Of a stretch of 64,000 nucleotides of DNA, positions 50,565-60,169 are shown in pieces (positions within the stretch are counted from its first letter, which is position 1; every line of letters begins with the position of its first letter). The DNA is taken from contig OY759353.1 in the NCBI GenBank assembly GCA_963662315.1, positions 3,360,001 to 3,424,000 on the forward strand, in the 5' to 3' direction. The position numbers and the translations under genes were made by a program. The notes beneath the pieces are model-generated. The model did not search any database. It was not told the origin of the DNA and saw only the letters and a list, made by a program, of their open reading frames with translations. The DNA is from Geopsychrobacteraceae bacterium. GTDB lineage: Bacteria > Desulfobacterota > Desulfuromonadia > Desulfuromonadales > Geopsychrobacteraceae.

Positions 50565-51502
50565 ACTGGACACCACCGCCTCAGACCATCTGCCTCTTTA
50601 TGGGGGCTATCGTTGCCGTGCTGGTCTGCGCCAGTCTGGCCGTTTACCTCCTGAAGCTGAAAACGCCCCACAAGGATCACTCCGAACTGATCCTGCGCAT
50701 GAAGAGCTGGTGGCTGATTATTTTTCTGTTTTTCGGGGTATTGCTGATTTCAAAGAGTGTTGCCATCACTTTTTTTGCGTTTATCTCCTACCTGGCATTA
50801 AAGGAGTATTTTTCCCTGATTCCGACCCGCCGCGTTGACCGTCGGGTTTTGTTCTGGGCGTACCTGGCCATTCCGATTCAGTATTGGTGGGTCTACAGTG
50901 AATGGTATGGCATGTTTATTATTTTCATTCCGGTGTACATGTTCCTGTTTCTGCCCACGCGCATGGTCCTGCATGGAGAAACAGCGGGATTCCTTAAATC
51001 GGCCGGAACTCTGCACTGGGGATTGATGACCACTGTATTTAGCCTCAGCCATATCGCTTATCTGTTGGTGCTACCTGATGAATTGGCAACCAGTGTCAGT
51101 GGTGTCGGGCTGGTACTTTACCTCGCTTGCCTGACGGAATTGAATGACATTGCCCAATACATCTGGGGGAAATCCCTTGGTAATCGCAAAGTGGTCCCTA
51201 AGGTCAGTCCCAACAAATCATGGGCAGGACTCCTTGGCGGTATTGTCACCACAACTGTACTGTCTATGTTCTTGGCCCCCCTGCTGACCCCGCTGTCTAC
51301 TGTCGATGCCCTTCTGGTTGGACTGTTACTGAGTATCAGTGGTTTTTTTGGCGATGTCACCATCTCGGCGGTCAAGCGTGATATCGGCATCAAGGATTCC
51401 GGTTCCATTCTGCCCGGTCACGGCGGCATTCTTGATCGTCTCGACAGTATGACCTTCACCGCACCACTGTTTTTACATTTTATGCGCTATTACTATTTCT
51501 GA
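50561..51502 (+). CDS. Phosphatidate cytidylyltransferase (YnbB/CdsA paralog)
   Basis: SPNKSWAG, SAVKRD.GIKD.G..LPGHGGILDRLDS. Confidence 0.92.
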   Translation: MNWTPPPQTICLFMGAIVAVLVCASLAVYLLKLKTPHKDHSELILRMKSWWLIIFLFFGVLLISKSVAITFFAFISYLALKEYFSLIPTRRVDRRVLFWAYLAIPIQYWWVYSEWYGMFIIFIPVYMFLFLPTRMVLHGETAGFLKSAGTLHWGLMTTVFSLSHIAYLLVLPDELATSVSGVGLVLYLACLTELNDIAQYIWGKSLGNRKVVPKVSPNKSWAGLLGGIVTTTVLSMFLAPLLTPLSTVDALLVGLLLSISGFFGDVTISAVKRDIGIKDSGSILPGHGGILDRLDSMTFTAPLFLHFMRYYYF

Positions 51503-51505
51503 TTT

Positions 51506-52147
51506 ATGACTTGTCTTATGCGTAACATATTTTTTCTATTCATTGTCCGCCCATTAGTCCTGCTGGGCCTGGGACTCTGTGTGCGCAATCGTAATCGGCT
51601 CCCCAGCAGCGGGCCGGCTATTATTGTTGCCAACCACAACAGCCACCTTGATACCATGGTCCTGCTATCCCTGTTTCCTCTGGCCATCCTTCCCCAGGTC
51701 AGACCGGTCGCGGCTATTGATTACTTTTTCAAGAACCGGCCCCTGGCCTGGTTTGCGACCCATATCATCGGGATTATCCCGCTCCAGCGTCAGGTTCGCA
51801 AAAGTGCAGGCAATCCTCTACAAGTCTGCTCCCAGGCATTGGAGGAGGGGAAGATACTCATTCTGTTTCCCGAAGGAAGCCGCGGTGTTCCTGAGCAACT
51901 CAGCCGTTTCAAAACCGGCATCGCCCATCTCGCCGAGCAACACCCGCAGATCCCCATCGTCCCGGTTTTCATGCATGGCCTGGGGAAAGCGTTGCCCAAG
52001 GGAGAAACCCTGCTGGTCCCCTTTTTCTGTGATATCGCCATAGGGATTCCATGCTTTTGGTCCAATGATCGCGCTCTTTTTATGACAGGCCTCGATCACC
52101 AGTTTCACGACCTGTCCAACCTGATCAACATTCCTGAGTGGGACTGA
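51506..52147 (+). CDS. PlsC-family lysophospholipid acyltransferase
   Basis: ANHNSHLD, FPEGSRG. Confidence 0.9.
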   Translation: MTCLMRNIFFLFIVRPLVLLGLGLCVRNRNRLPSSGPAIIVANHNSHLDTMVLLSLFPLAILPQVRPVAAIDYFFKNRPLAWFATHIIGIIPLQRQVRKSAGNPLQVCSQALEEGKILILFPEGSRGVPEQLSRFKTGIAHLAEQHPQIPIVPVFMHGLGKALPKGETLLVPFFCDIAIGIPCFWSNDRALFMTGLDHQFHDLSNLINIPEWD

Positions 52148-52268
52148 CCAAGGTCAGGCAAAGCAAAAGTGAATTGCTTTTGAAAGCTCTAGATATTAAA
52201 GGTACTCATAATGAATACTTCGAACCCTTAACTCATCACTCACAGAAAAAAGATTAACAATAAATCCT

Positions 52269-53579
52269 ATGAACCGTTCCGCAGTTTCCCAAAGCCCCTT
52301 GGAAAAATACACCCGAGAAGAGATGGAGACTCTCTTTTCACGCTCGCAAAGACATTCGATTTTACTGCTCATCGTTATGATCAGCATGATTGCTCTCTCC
52401 ATTTACGGACTGATTCAAAAAGATTTTCTGCTTGATGGTGGCAGTTGGTCATTGTGGTGCTACATTGTCCCAGCCTTGATCATCTGGAAGAGAGTTACCC
52501 TGGTCAGGCATATCTTTGCGTGGAATAGCGTCCCATTGAGCGCTGCCGATCAGGAACTGTTCGGAACCATAGACAAGCAACACTTCACCTCTATGGTTAC
52601 AGAACTGCTTGAACCTCTAAAACAGAAGAAGAGGGAGGTCCCCAACGTTTATATCAACATCGATACTGAGTTAAATGCTTATGCGGTCAACTCGCTCATG
52701 TTTAATTTTATCGGTAAATTAAACGCCATTTATATTACTAGCGGTTTGATCAAACACCTGAGCCTTGTTGAAATCCGCGCTATTATGGCTCATGAAATCG
52801 CCCATTTTGAAAAGTATTCATCTCTGCTCAGCAGGGTCAATCTTATTGACACACTGTTCCTGGCTTTGCCACCGGTATATCTGTATTCCATTGTTTTTGA
52901 TCAACCGCAATCCTTGCTAGGCACTCTGTTCTGTCTGTTTTTCATCTACTTTATCTATTCCGTCCTTAATTTTATCCTCAGTCTGTTCAGCAATTATAAC
53001 GATAGGATCCTCGAACACCTTTCCGATTGTTATGCCGCCGAACGCTATGGCAAGCTCAATATGATCAATGCCCTGCTAGCCCTCGGAAAATCTTCGGAGC
53101 TATTGGAAAAAATCATCCGTCATGTCATTCATAAGCTCAAAGAGGATCCGCAGCTGCCACTGACCAGCCTTTTGGATATCAGTCTGTTTATGTATACGAA
53201 TCTCAATGAAAAGAACGACGCCAAAAAAAGAAAACTCAAATTACGCATCGACGCCTTGTGGAAGGCTTCGGAAATTAATGCCATGCGCTCGGAGGCAGCG
53301 TTGAGCCGTGCTGAACAAGAACAACGAAAAGAGGCTCTCAAGCAGATTGAAAAGGAGTTGGTGCAAACATTCAGCATGCATGACTGGACTCGGTTCGACA
53401 CCCATATCCAGGACCGTAAGATTGATGTCGATGAGTACTCGGGCTTCATCGAGGAATTGAGATCGAACCCTGATCGCCAGCTGTTCGCAACCATGGATGA
53501 TAATCAGGAACAGACCATGATTTCTACCCATCCCAGCTTTACTAAGAGGATTCTCTTTATTGCGGATAATTTGCCCTAA
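52269..53579 (+). CDS. M48-family membrane zinc metalloprotease
   Basis: NAYA, AHEIAH, E..SD, THPS...RI. Confidence 0.8.
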   Translation: MNRSAVSQSPLEKYTREEMETLFSRSQRHSILLLIVMISMIALSIYGLIQKDFLLDGGSWSLWCYIVPALIIWKRVTLVRHIFAWNSVPLSAADQELFGTIDKQHFTSMVTELLEPLKQKKREVPNVYINIDTELNAYAVNSLMFNFIGKLNAIYITSGLIKHLSLVEIRAIMAHEIAHFEKYSSLLSRVNLIDTLFLALPPVYLYSIVFDQPQSLLGTLFCLFFIYFIYSVLNFILSLFSNYNDRILEHLSDCYAAERYGKLNMINALLALGKSSELLEKIIRHVIHKLKEDPQLPLTSLLDISLFMYTNLNEKNDAKKRKLKLRIDALWKASEINAMRSEAALSRAEQEQRKEALKQIEKELVQTFSMHDWTRFDTHIQDRKIDVDEYSGFIEELRSNPDRQLFATMDDNQEQTMISTHPSFTKRILFIADNLP

Positions 53580-54027
53580 GTTTGTGCCCTAAGCAAATAT
53601 GTCCGGTACAGGTCATCCAGCGTGATCATGGCCGCAATTCGGCCAATTGGGGTCGTCCAACTTCTGAAATTAAACGCTCAGTGGGGGAGCAAAATGGCGA
53701 GCTAGTCATTGTCATATCGATATGACACTACTCGACTTGTCCCTTTTAGCCATTCCGTTTCGGCATGGCTAAAGTTCCCTTTTGTGCCATCTCCATTTGG
53801 AATAGCTCGTGTGAATTATCACCACTTGTCCTTTTGGACAGCAACTCATATAAATTAGTTGTTGCCCATTGCCAGGACACAAAAGTTTTCCGATTTATTG
53901 ATCTTTTTCGACATGGTCACCGCGAGTGATCAGCACTCTGAAGTACCGCGCTTGCGAAGGTAACCGATAGTGGCGCGTCCGGTAAAATCTAGAGAAAACA
54001 GAGCATTAAAAAGTATAGTCTGACATC

Positions 54028-54064
54028 GGGTGCTTCTCAGCAATGGGAATGCACCCATTTTTTT
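54028..54064 (+). terminator. Intrinsic terminator upstream of a small ORF (attenuator-like position)
   Basis: gggtgc-ttctca/tgggaa-t-gcaccc followed by T7. Confidence 0.7.
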
Positions 54065-54171
54065 GTGTTTCCCTGATGGTTGCGTTCACGGCATGCCGGA
54101 CACTGCATCAGGTGGGACTTATTAAAATGGTACGTGAGAGAGAAGCAACATTTTTAGAGGAGAAAATCACC

Positions 54172-54318
54172 ATGACAACAGAAACAATGTCAGCAGCAGT
54201 CAAGCAGCCCGTAAAAACCACGACGACCTTAAGAGCATTGATCTACTCGACCTTTTTTCGGAATGTAAAAGCAGAGCAGCATCCCGGTTTTTATGGCCGA
54301 GCCAGTATGGGGCTGTAA
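54172..54318 (+). CDS. Small hypothetical protein, 48 aa
   Basis: AGAGGAG RBS; MTTETMSAAVKQPVKTTTTLRALIYSTFFRNVKAEQHPGFYGRASMGL. Confidence 0.55.
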   Translation: MTTETMSAAVKQPVKTTTTLRALIYSTFFRNVKAEQHPGFYGRASMGL

Positions 54319-54487
54319 TTCAATTAAGAATTGCTGATTTTGCCAGTATTGAGCAGCTCTGAATGGCAAACGTTTCTGATTTGGAAACGCGCAATTTTTT
54401 ACAAGATCTCGTTTTTACGCCGAATGAATGACCGGCGCAGGTCCCTCCGAACTTGCGGGAAAAAGCCGTTTCCAGACAGAAATGTCC

Positions 54488-55399
54488 TTAGTCCGATTCG
54501 TCCAAGGCATCCGCATTGGCACTTGCCGACAAACTCTCCACCAGCAGCAATGCCGGTACCGAAAGCTTCTGGAAATCCTTGGCACAGATCATAAACTTCC
54601 GGTGCGTCCAGGCATCTTTTACCGGTATGGTTACCAGCCCTTCGTAGGGTAGTGGTTCGCCGCGCGGGATCAGGGTTATCCCCAAGTGGTCAGAAACGGC
54701 CCGGCAGGCATTCTCGATACTCGAAACCTGAAAGCGGCATTTATAGGTTTTGCCGACCTTAATGGCCTCCTCTTCCAGGCGCTGTGAAACCAGACTGCCG
54801 GGGAACAGATCGACAATATCGTAATCAACGATATCCGCCGAAGTGACTATCTTACGACTGGCCAGCGGGTGTGAAGCTGGCACCAGCAGATCCAGATCAT
54901 CATGGCGGTAGGGTAGGACCTGCAGCTTATTATCACGATCGGCCTCCTCCCAGCAGACACCGATATCCGCTTCCCCTTTTTCGACTTCATCAACAACGTC
55001 AAAGGTGACTTTTTCGATAATTTCGACCTGAACCTGAGCATACAGGCGCATGAAGTGGCCAATGTCCTTGGCCAGCAGTTTCATGACCGAAGAGAAGGAC
55101 CCGCAGACCCGCACCTTACCGCGCACATCTTCACTGAAGGCGCTCAATTCCTTATGCATCTGCTCCATCAGCTCAAGGATCTCCTGAGCATATCGCCACA
55201 GGACCATCCCTGCCGGGGTCGGCTCCACGCCGCGTGAGCCACGCAGCAGCAGTGGGGTCCCAAGGTCGCGTTCCATGGTGCTGATCCGTTTGCTGATGGC
55301 CGAAGGAACAGTGGCCTGTTTGGCCGCCGCATGAGCAATGTTCTTCTCTTTGCAAACCGCACTGAAAAATTTGAGTGAGACCGTATCAAATAATTGCAT
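54488..55399 (-). CDS. LysR family regulator
   Basis: HTH NIAHAA...PSAISKRI..MERDLG..LL.R, PTPAG. Confidence 0.92.
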   Translation of the reverse strand: MQLFDTVSLKFFSAVCKEKNIAHAAAKQATVPSAISKRISTMERDLGTPLLLRGSRGVEPTPAGMVLWRYAQEILELMEQMHKELSAFSEDVRGKVRVCGSFSSVMKLLAKDIGHFMRLYAQVQVEIIEKVTFDVVDEVEKGEADIGVCWEEADRDNKLQVLPYRHDDLDLLVPASHPLASRKIVTSADIVDYDIVDLFPGSLVSQRLEEEAIKVGKTYKCRFQVSSIENACRAVSDHLGITLIPRGEPLPYEGLVTIPVKDAWTHRKFMICAKDFQKLSVPALLLVESLSASANADALDESD

Positions 55400-55414
55400 C
55401 GATGTTAGCCTTTG

Positions 55415-55669
55415 TTATTTTTTAGCCTGCTTGCGTCCATGGGAAGTGCGCCGCTTAGCGCTTATGTTTCTGGTGGTTTCTGGCGCGGCAGCCTTTTGGG
55501 GAGGCATAAACAACAGGTAGCCCCCAAGTAGAGTGATAAGACTCCCGACAATCATAAGCCCCCAGCCCAGATTGATCAGCACCTCTTGCTGAATAAAGCG
55601 ATAACCATTGGGGATGCAGGGAACTCCGGAAAGCAGACAACCAATGGCCAACCTTTGCCGGGGAATCAT
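55415..55669 (-). CDS. Small membrane protein
   Basis: GGAGG RBS before ATG 55669; hydrophobic segments and a basic tail. Confidence 0.5.
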   Translation of the reverse strand: MIPRQRLAIGCLLSGVPCIPNGYRFIQQEVLINLGWGLMIVGSLITLLGGYLLFMPPQKAAAPETTRNISAKRRTSHGRKQAKK

Positions 55670-56117
55670 ATGACCTCCTGATACGGCTTCATGCAAAGCA
55701 CCTCGCATTTTCATGCCGGGAACCGGTGGTTGCCGCAAGATACAGCTAGCCTATCACCGGCACCCGGATGAACGGCAAAGCGAACGAAACAACAGTGTCT
55801 GGTCAGAATTTTTTAAACAGGGGAATTTATTGTGTTCTGTATACTCTACCGTTGATACTGCTCTTTTGAAAAGAATTTTTATAAATATTGCGGTTATTGG
55901 GTAATAATCTCTGGCCGCAGCCACAAGCGAATCAGCCCAAGGTGAAATTCTCCAAGACCTGCTCAATTTCCCGCCTCCAACAGCATCGTTAGCCTTGCCA
56001 TCCCATGTCCCTACAGATATCCAAAAATAAAAACATGTTCTAGGAGCCTGAAGCTTTATGAAAACCGTCTATACTTTAATGAGTTAACCTAAAGTCAATC
56101 GTTACAGGGAGGTATTT

Positions 56118-57410
56118 ATGGCCAACACTCAGGATCCCCAAATGCACAAAGACTCTCAGCCCGATCCGGCAGAAACCAATTCCTCTCCCTCCAGACGCTC
56201 ATTCCTTCGCAACGGGAGCATCGCCACCATGGCAGCGGCCATCGGCATGCAGATTCCTTTTGAAAAACTGCTGCCGGAAGGAGTGAACTTAGTCGGCCTG
56301 GCTCATGCCGCCGACATGAAGAAAATTGACGGCAAGATACCCGAGATGATCATCTTGAATGACAAACCCCTCAACGCAGAACCACCCCCGCATTTTCTCG
56401 ATGACAGCGTCACACCGTACGACAAGATGTTCGTGCGTAATAACGGGATTCCACCGGTCAAGGTCGATGCGGCAAGCTGGACGCTGACCATCGAAGGGGA
56501 ATCGGCCAAGAAATCGGTTTCTCTGTCGATTGCCGATCTGAAGAAGAAATTCAAGACCTACACCTACCAGATCCAGCTTGAGTGCGGCGGCAACGGCCGC
56601 TCCGAGTTCAACCCGCACGCCAAGGGGAACCAGTGGCGCGTCGGTGCCGTCTCCTGCGCCGAGTGGACCGGGGTGCGCTTGCGTGATGTGCTGGAATATG
56701 TCGGGATAAAAGAAGATGCCGTTTATATCGGCTATTATGGTGCTGATACTCACGTCAGCGGTGATCCTAAAAAAGTGGTCATTTCCCGCGGGGTACCCAT
56801 GTCGAAAGCTCTGGAGGACGAGTCCTTAATTGCCTGGGCCATGAACGGCGAAGATATTCCGCCGCTGCACGGATACCCATTGCGCCTGATTACCGGTGGC
56901 TGGCCAGCCTCCACCAGTGGCAAGTGGCTCAACCGCATCGTCATTCGCAACAAAGAACATGATGGTCCCAAGATGACCGGCATGTCCTACCGGGTCCCGG
57001 CCTATCCCGTCGCTCCTGGCACCAAGGTTCCCGAGAAGGATATGGCGGTTATTCAATCGATGCCGGTGAAATCGCTGATTACTTCACCACGTTCCGGTTC
57101 CCTGGCCACCTTAGGGCAGGAGCTGGAAGTGCGTGGTCATGCCTGGGCGGGGGACCTGGCGATTAAGGCCATGGATATCTCGATCGACTTTGGCAGCACC
57201 TGGCATTCCTGCGACCTCAAAGCACCACGCAACCGCCTGGCGTGGCAGGACTGGTCAGCCAAGGTCAGCTTCCCACAGGCCGGCTATTATGAAATCTGGG
57301 CGCGCGCGACTGACGAGAACGGCACCATGCAGCCGATGGTCGTTCCCGGCTGGAATCCGCGCGGTTACCTGAACAATGCTTGCCATCGGGTGGCAGTCAA
57401 AGCAATTTAG
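56118..57410 (+). CDS. sorA: Sulfite-oxidase-family molybdoenzyme (SorA-like), Tat-exported
   Basis: SRRSFL twin-Arg, FVRNN, ECGGNGR Mo-Cys ligand, HGYPLRL, KWL, WNPRGYLNN. Confidence 0.85.
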   Translation: MANTQDPQMHKDSQPDPAETNSSPSRRSFLRNGSIATMAAAIGMQIPFEKLLPEGVNLVGLAHAADMKKIDGKIPEMIILNDKPLNAEPPPHFLDDSVTPYDKMFVRNNGIPPVKVDAASWTLTIEGESAKKSVSLSIADLKKKFKTYTYQIQLECGGNGRSEFNPHAKGNQWRVGAVSCAEWTGVRLRDVLEYVGIKEDAVYIGYYGADTHVSGDPKKVVISRGVPMSKALEDESLIAWAMNGEDIPPLHGYPLRLITGGWPASTSGKWLNRIVIRNKEHDGPKMTGMSYRVPAYPVAPGTKVPEKDMAVIQSMPVKSLITSPRSGSLATLGQELEVRGHAWAGDLAIKAMDISIDFGSTWHSCDLKAPRNRLAWQDWSAKVSFPQAGYYEIWARATDENGTMQPMVVPGWNPRGYLNNACHRVAVKAI

Positions 57411-57495
57411 CCTCCAACTTGAAATCTTGCCAGTAATTGATCGTTGCTATTTCTAGTTTCCTGATAGCAACAATCAAATGAGACGGGAGACTTAT

Positions 57496-57840
57496 ATGCA
57501 CGTAAAACACTTACTTATGCTACCGCTGCTGGTTTTCGTCATGCTCACGCCAGCCTGGGCAGCCGATCCGGAGGTGGACAAAGATACCGGGCTTATCATC
57601 GCCCCTGGCTTTGCCGAAGTGAAAGAAACCTGCACCGTTTGCCATTCCGCCATGCTGATCACCCAGAACAAGGCGGACCGGGACGGCTGGATCGATATGA
57701 TCCGCTGGATGCAGGACAAACAGGGGCTGCAGGAGCTGGAACCAAAACTGGAGAACACGATTCTCGACTACCTGGCAGAGCACTACGCCCCAACGGCCTC
57801 CTCACGCCGCCCGCCACTGCAGATTACTTTTCCTGAGTAA
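57496..57840 (+). CDS. Monoheme cytochrome c partner (SorB-like)
   Basis: Signal peptide, CTVCH, IRWMQ..QGL, YLAEHY. Confidence 0.85.
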   Translation: MHVKHLLMLPLLVFVMLTPAWAADPEVDKDTGLIIAPGFAEVKETCTVCHSAMLITQNKADRDGWIDMIRWMQDKQGLQELEPKLENTILDYLAEHYAPTASSRRPPLQITFPE

Positions 57841-57847
57841 GAGACAA

Positions 57848-57888
57848 AACCCCCGGTTACCTGAGCACAGGTGACCGGGGGTTCTTTT
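57848..57888 (+). terminator. Intrinsic terminator
   Basis: aacccccggttacctg/caggtgaccgggggtt followed by CTTTT. Confidence 0.8.
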
Positions 57889-58164
57889 AGATTTCCAAAG
57901 ATAAAATAAATATTAGCTAATAATTCTTGAAACAAAGTATCATTTCATGTAATTTTTAACAGTTCCCATTTTTAGAGAAATGAAAAGCCATGCGTTTGTT
58001 GGAGATTTTAAGAAGTCTACAAGCCGTGGCTTTTTGTGTTTTTCGATCTTTTCGGAATGCAGTGTTTGCTGTTTTATTATTTTATTTAAAATTGTAAGCT
58101 TTCGTAATTATTGAATTTATTATGCAGATGGTTAACTTGCCGTATTATTTTACGACTTTTAGGT

Positions 58165-58184
58165 CGTCTAATCCTAAGTTAGCA
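58165..58184 (+). other. attI-like integron recombination site
   Basis: CGTCTAAT-CCTAA-GTTAGCA (L box, 5-nt spacer, GTT core), 15 nt before an AT-rich ORF. Confidence 0.45.
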
Positions 58185-58199
58185 GGTCAAATGAAATAA

Positions 58200-58472
58200 A
58201 TGAATAACTCTGACCTTGAAAACATATTCGACAGAATTAAACGATTATCAAAAAAAATCGATCGAATTGATTTATGCACTCAAGGTTGGGATTGCACGCT
58301 TTCAGACGGCAGGCAAGCTACATACATTATCAATAATATTAAAGATTTAAAGCAAATCGAAGATGAGTTAACCACCTTATTTATATGGACTTGGAGCTTT
58401 AAGGATTACGTGAAAGAGTATCTAATAGCAAACAACATCAATCCAAAAAAAATCGAATCATATATTGATGAA
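58200..58472 (+). pseudogene. AT-rich cassette-like gene truncated by the IS4 element
   Basis: Frame runs into the IS end at 58473; the last residues HCCPVNS are IS-encoded. Confidence 0.75.
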
Positions 58473-59793
58473 CACTGCTGTCCGGTTAATAGCTGAATAA
58501 ATCCAGCTGGTTACTATCAGGGAGATCTTGAATTTGCTTGAGAGCATCAGCAACCAGTGAAGAAATGGGCTTTTTCTCAAACAAATTGACCTCCAGGATC
58601 TGTAAAAAAGTGTAGAGCTCACACGGGATTTTGAGCTTTTTCTTCGCAATAACAACCAGAAGGTAAATGCACAGCGCTACCCATATCTGGCTCTTTACGC
58701 CGTTGATCGATGTCCCGTAAAACGATTTGATCCGCAGGTGCTGCTTAACCCATTTGAAAAACAGCTCTACCTGCCAGCGCTGCTTATAGACTTCGGCAAC
58801 TGTAGCTGCTGAAATCGTAAAATTGTTGGTCAAAAAGACCAGGTGTTTATTTCGATCTTTGTCAACATAACTGACCCGGCGGAACTTTTCCGGATAGTCC
58901 TTTTTCGATTTGGGAGTGACTAGGACAATCGTCTGGTCAGCTTTGATTCCGGCTGACTTGTCTTTGTCTGCGGAATAAAGTCGCCTGTAACGCAAATTGT
59001 CTTTTGCCCTGATGACGAAGAAACCTCCTTGTTGATGCAGCGCATAGAGTCGCGAGAAGTCGGTATAGGCCTTGTCCATGGTGTAAATGGCATTCTCTGT
59101 TACCGGCAGAGAATCCAACATTCGGACATCATGTACTTTGCCTGTTGTGACGGCGACATAGGTCGGAATGGTTCCTCGCAGATCAAGCAGAGTATGCATT
59201 TTAACCGCGGACTTCGTCGTTTTGTATTCTGCCCATGGGAATAGAGACAGGCACAGATCAATGGTCGTTGAATCAAAAGCATACAGTGGCTGGCCAAGTT
59301 CAAGGGCAAATGGTTCGTCACAGTAAAGTTGCTGCGCCATGTGTATTAGAATATGGCCGAAGTCCTGAAAGATGCGCCAGTCCCTGCGCTCACTGGCATC
59401 TGCCAGAGTTGAGCGGGACACGGAACCGCGAAAGCCGATGTGGTAAAGCTTCTCTCGGTGAGAGTTCAAGCAGGTTTCGATATCTCGCAAGCTTTCACGG
59501 CTGGCCATTTGGGCATAAGCGAGGCACAGAAATTGATCGAATGTCGAAAACTTTCTGGCTCTGTAATCGCCCCGATAACGGTGAACGCACAAATTGAAAT
59601 CGTGACGTGGCAGAAACTGCAGCAGTTGCCTGAAAACGGTTTGGCCTGAATTCATCGATACCTCCTGCGATAATGGATGGTATCTCCCCATATTCATGGG
59701 GCGAATTCAAATCGAAAACGGAACAGTTATGTCAAAGAACAATTATTATCAGTAACTTACAGCACTATCCGACTTTTTAACCGGACAGTAGTG
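58473..59793 (-). mobile_element. IS4-family insertion sequence, 1321 bp
   Basis: Terminal inverted repeats CACTGCTGTCCGGTTAA / TTAACCGGACAGTAGTG (16/17 match) around a transposase. Confidence 0.9.
58486..59655 (-). CDS. IS4-family DDE transposase (DUF4372 N-terminus)
   Basis: ESLRDIE, DSTTIDL, DKAY, YKQRWQVELFFKWVKQHL; GGAGG RBS. Confidence 0.95.
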   Translation of the reverse strand: MNSGQTVFRQLLQFLPRHDFNLCVHRYRGDYRARKFSTFDQFLCLAYAQMASRESLRDIETCLNSHREKLYHIGFRGSVSRSTLADASERRDWRIFQDFGHILIHMAQQLYCDEPFALELGQPLYAFDSTTIDLCLSLFPWAEYKTTKSAVKMHTLLDLRGTIPTYVAVTTGKVHDVRMLDSLPVTENAIYTMDKAYTDFSRLYALHQQGGFFVIRAKDNLRYRRLYSADKDKSAGIKADQTIVLVTPKSKKDYPEKFRRVSYVDKDRNKHLVFLTNNFTISAATVAEVYKQRWQVELFFKWVKQHLRIKSFYGTSINGVKSQIWVALCIYLLVVIAKKKLKIPCELYTFLQILEVNLFEKKPISSLVADALKQIQDLPDSNQLDLFSY

Positions 59794-59794
59794 A

Positions 59795-60061
59795 TTACAT
59801 ATGAGTAATTTGCGCTCGAGAAAAGTCGCCTCTGGCAGTGTTAGATCATTAGTACTTTATATCGGTGAAATGCACCCAGATGTGAAGCTAGATACAACAT
59901 CTACTGGGTATTACAACTTGTACTCATTAATCCAGATTATAGGTAAAGCTTGTGGTGCGTGGTTTCTAACATATGACTCAGAAAGAGAGAAAATACACTC
60001 TTTTGTAGAGAGGTATGACTTGATTGTGTCAGATGCGAGACTTCTAAATATTGAGTACTAA
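59795..60061 (+). pseudogene. AT-rich ORF, probable 3' remnant of a cassette gene
   Basis: Open from the IS end, no RBS, stop 9 nt before the attC site. Confidence 0.5.
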
Positions 60062-60070
60062 AATTAAAGC

Positions 60071-60140
60071 TGCTGACAATTCGCTCCACCCGATTCGTCA
60101 CCGCTACGCGGCTCCTCTCGGGTGAGCTTGGTCGTTAGGC
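60071..60140 (+). other. Integron attC site
   Basis: R'' TGCTGAC, AATTC, L'' GCTC[C]ACC, CGA...CCGCTACGCGG...TCG, L' GGTGAGC, TTGGTC, R' GTTAGGC; 70 nt. Confidence 0.8.
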
Positions 60141-60169
60141 GCAAGAAAAGGAAATAGTATGTCTGATGG

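Noticed and set aside
54010..54057. TPP riboswitch on the minus strand (GGGTGC...GCTGAGA...ACCC)
   Set aside because: The ACCTGAT...TAAT...GCGxAGG half is missing; the match is the reverse of the terminator hairpin
57890..58160. Integron integrase gene next to the attI-like site
   Set aside because: Region is too short and AT-rich, with no tyrosine recombinase ORF
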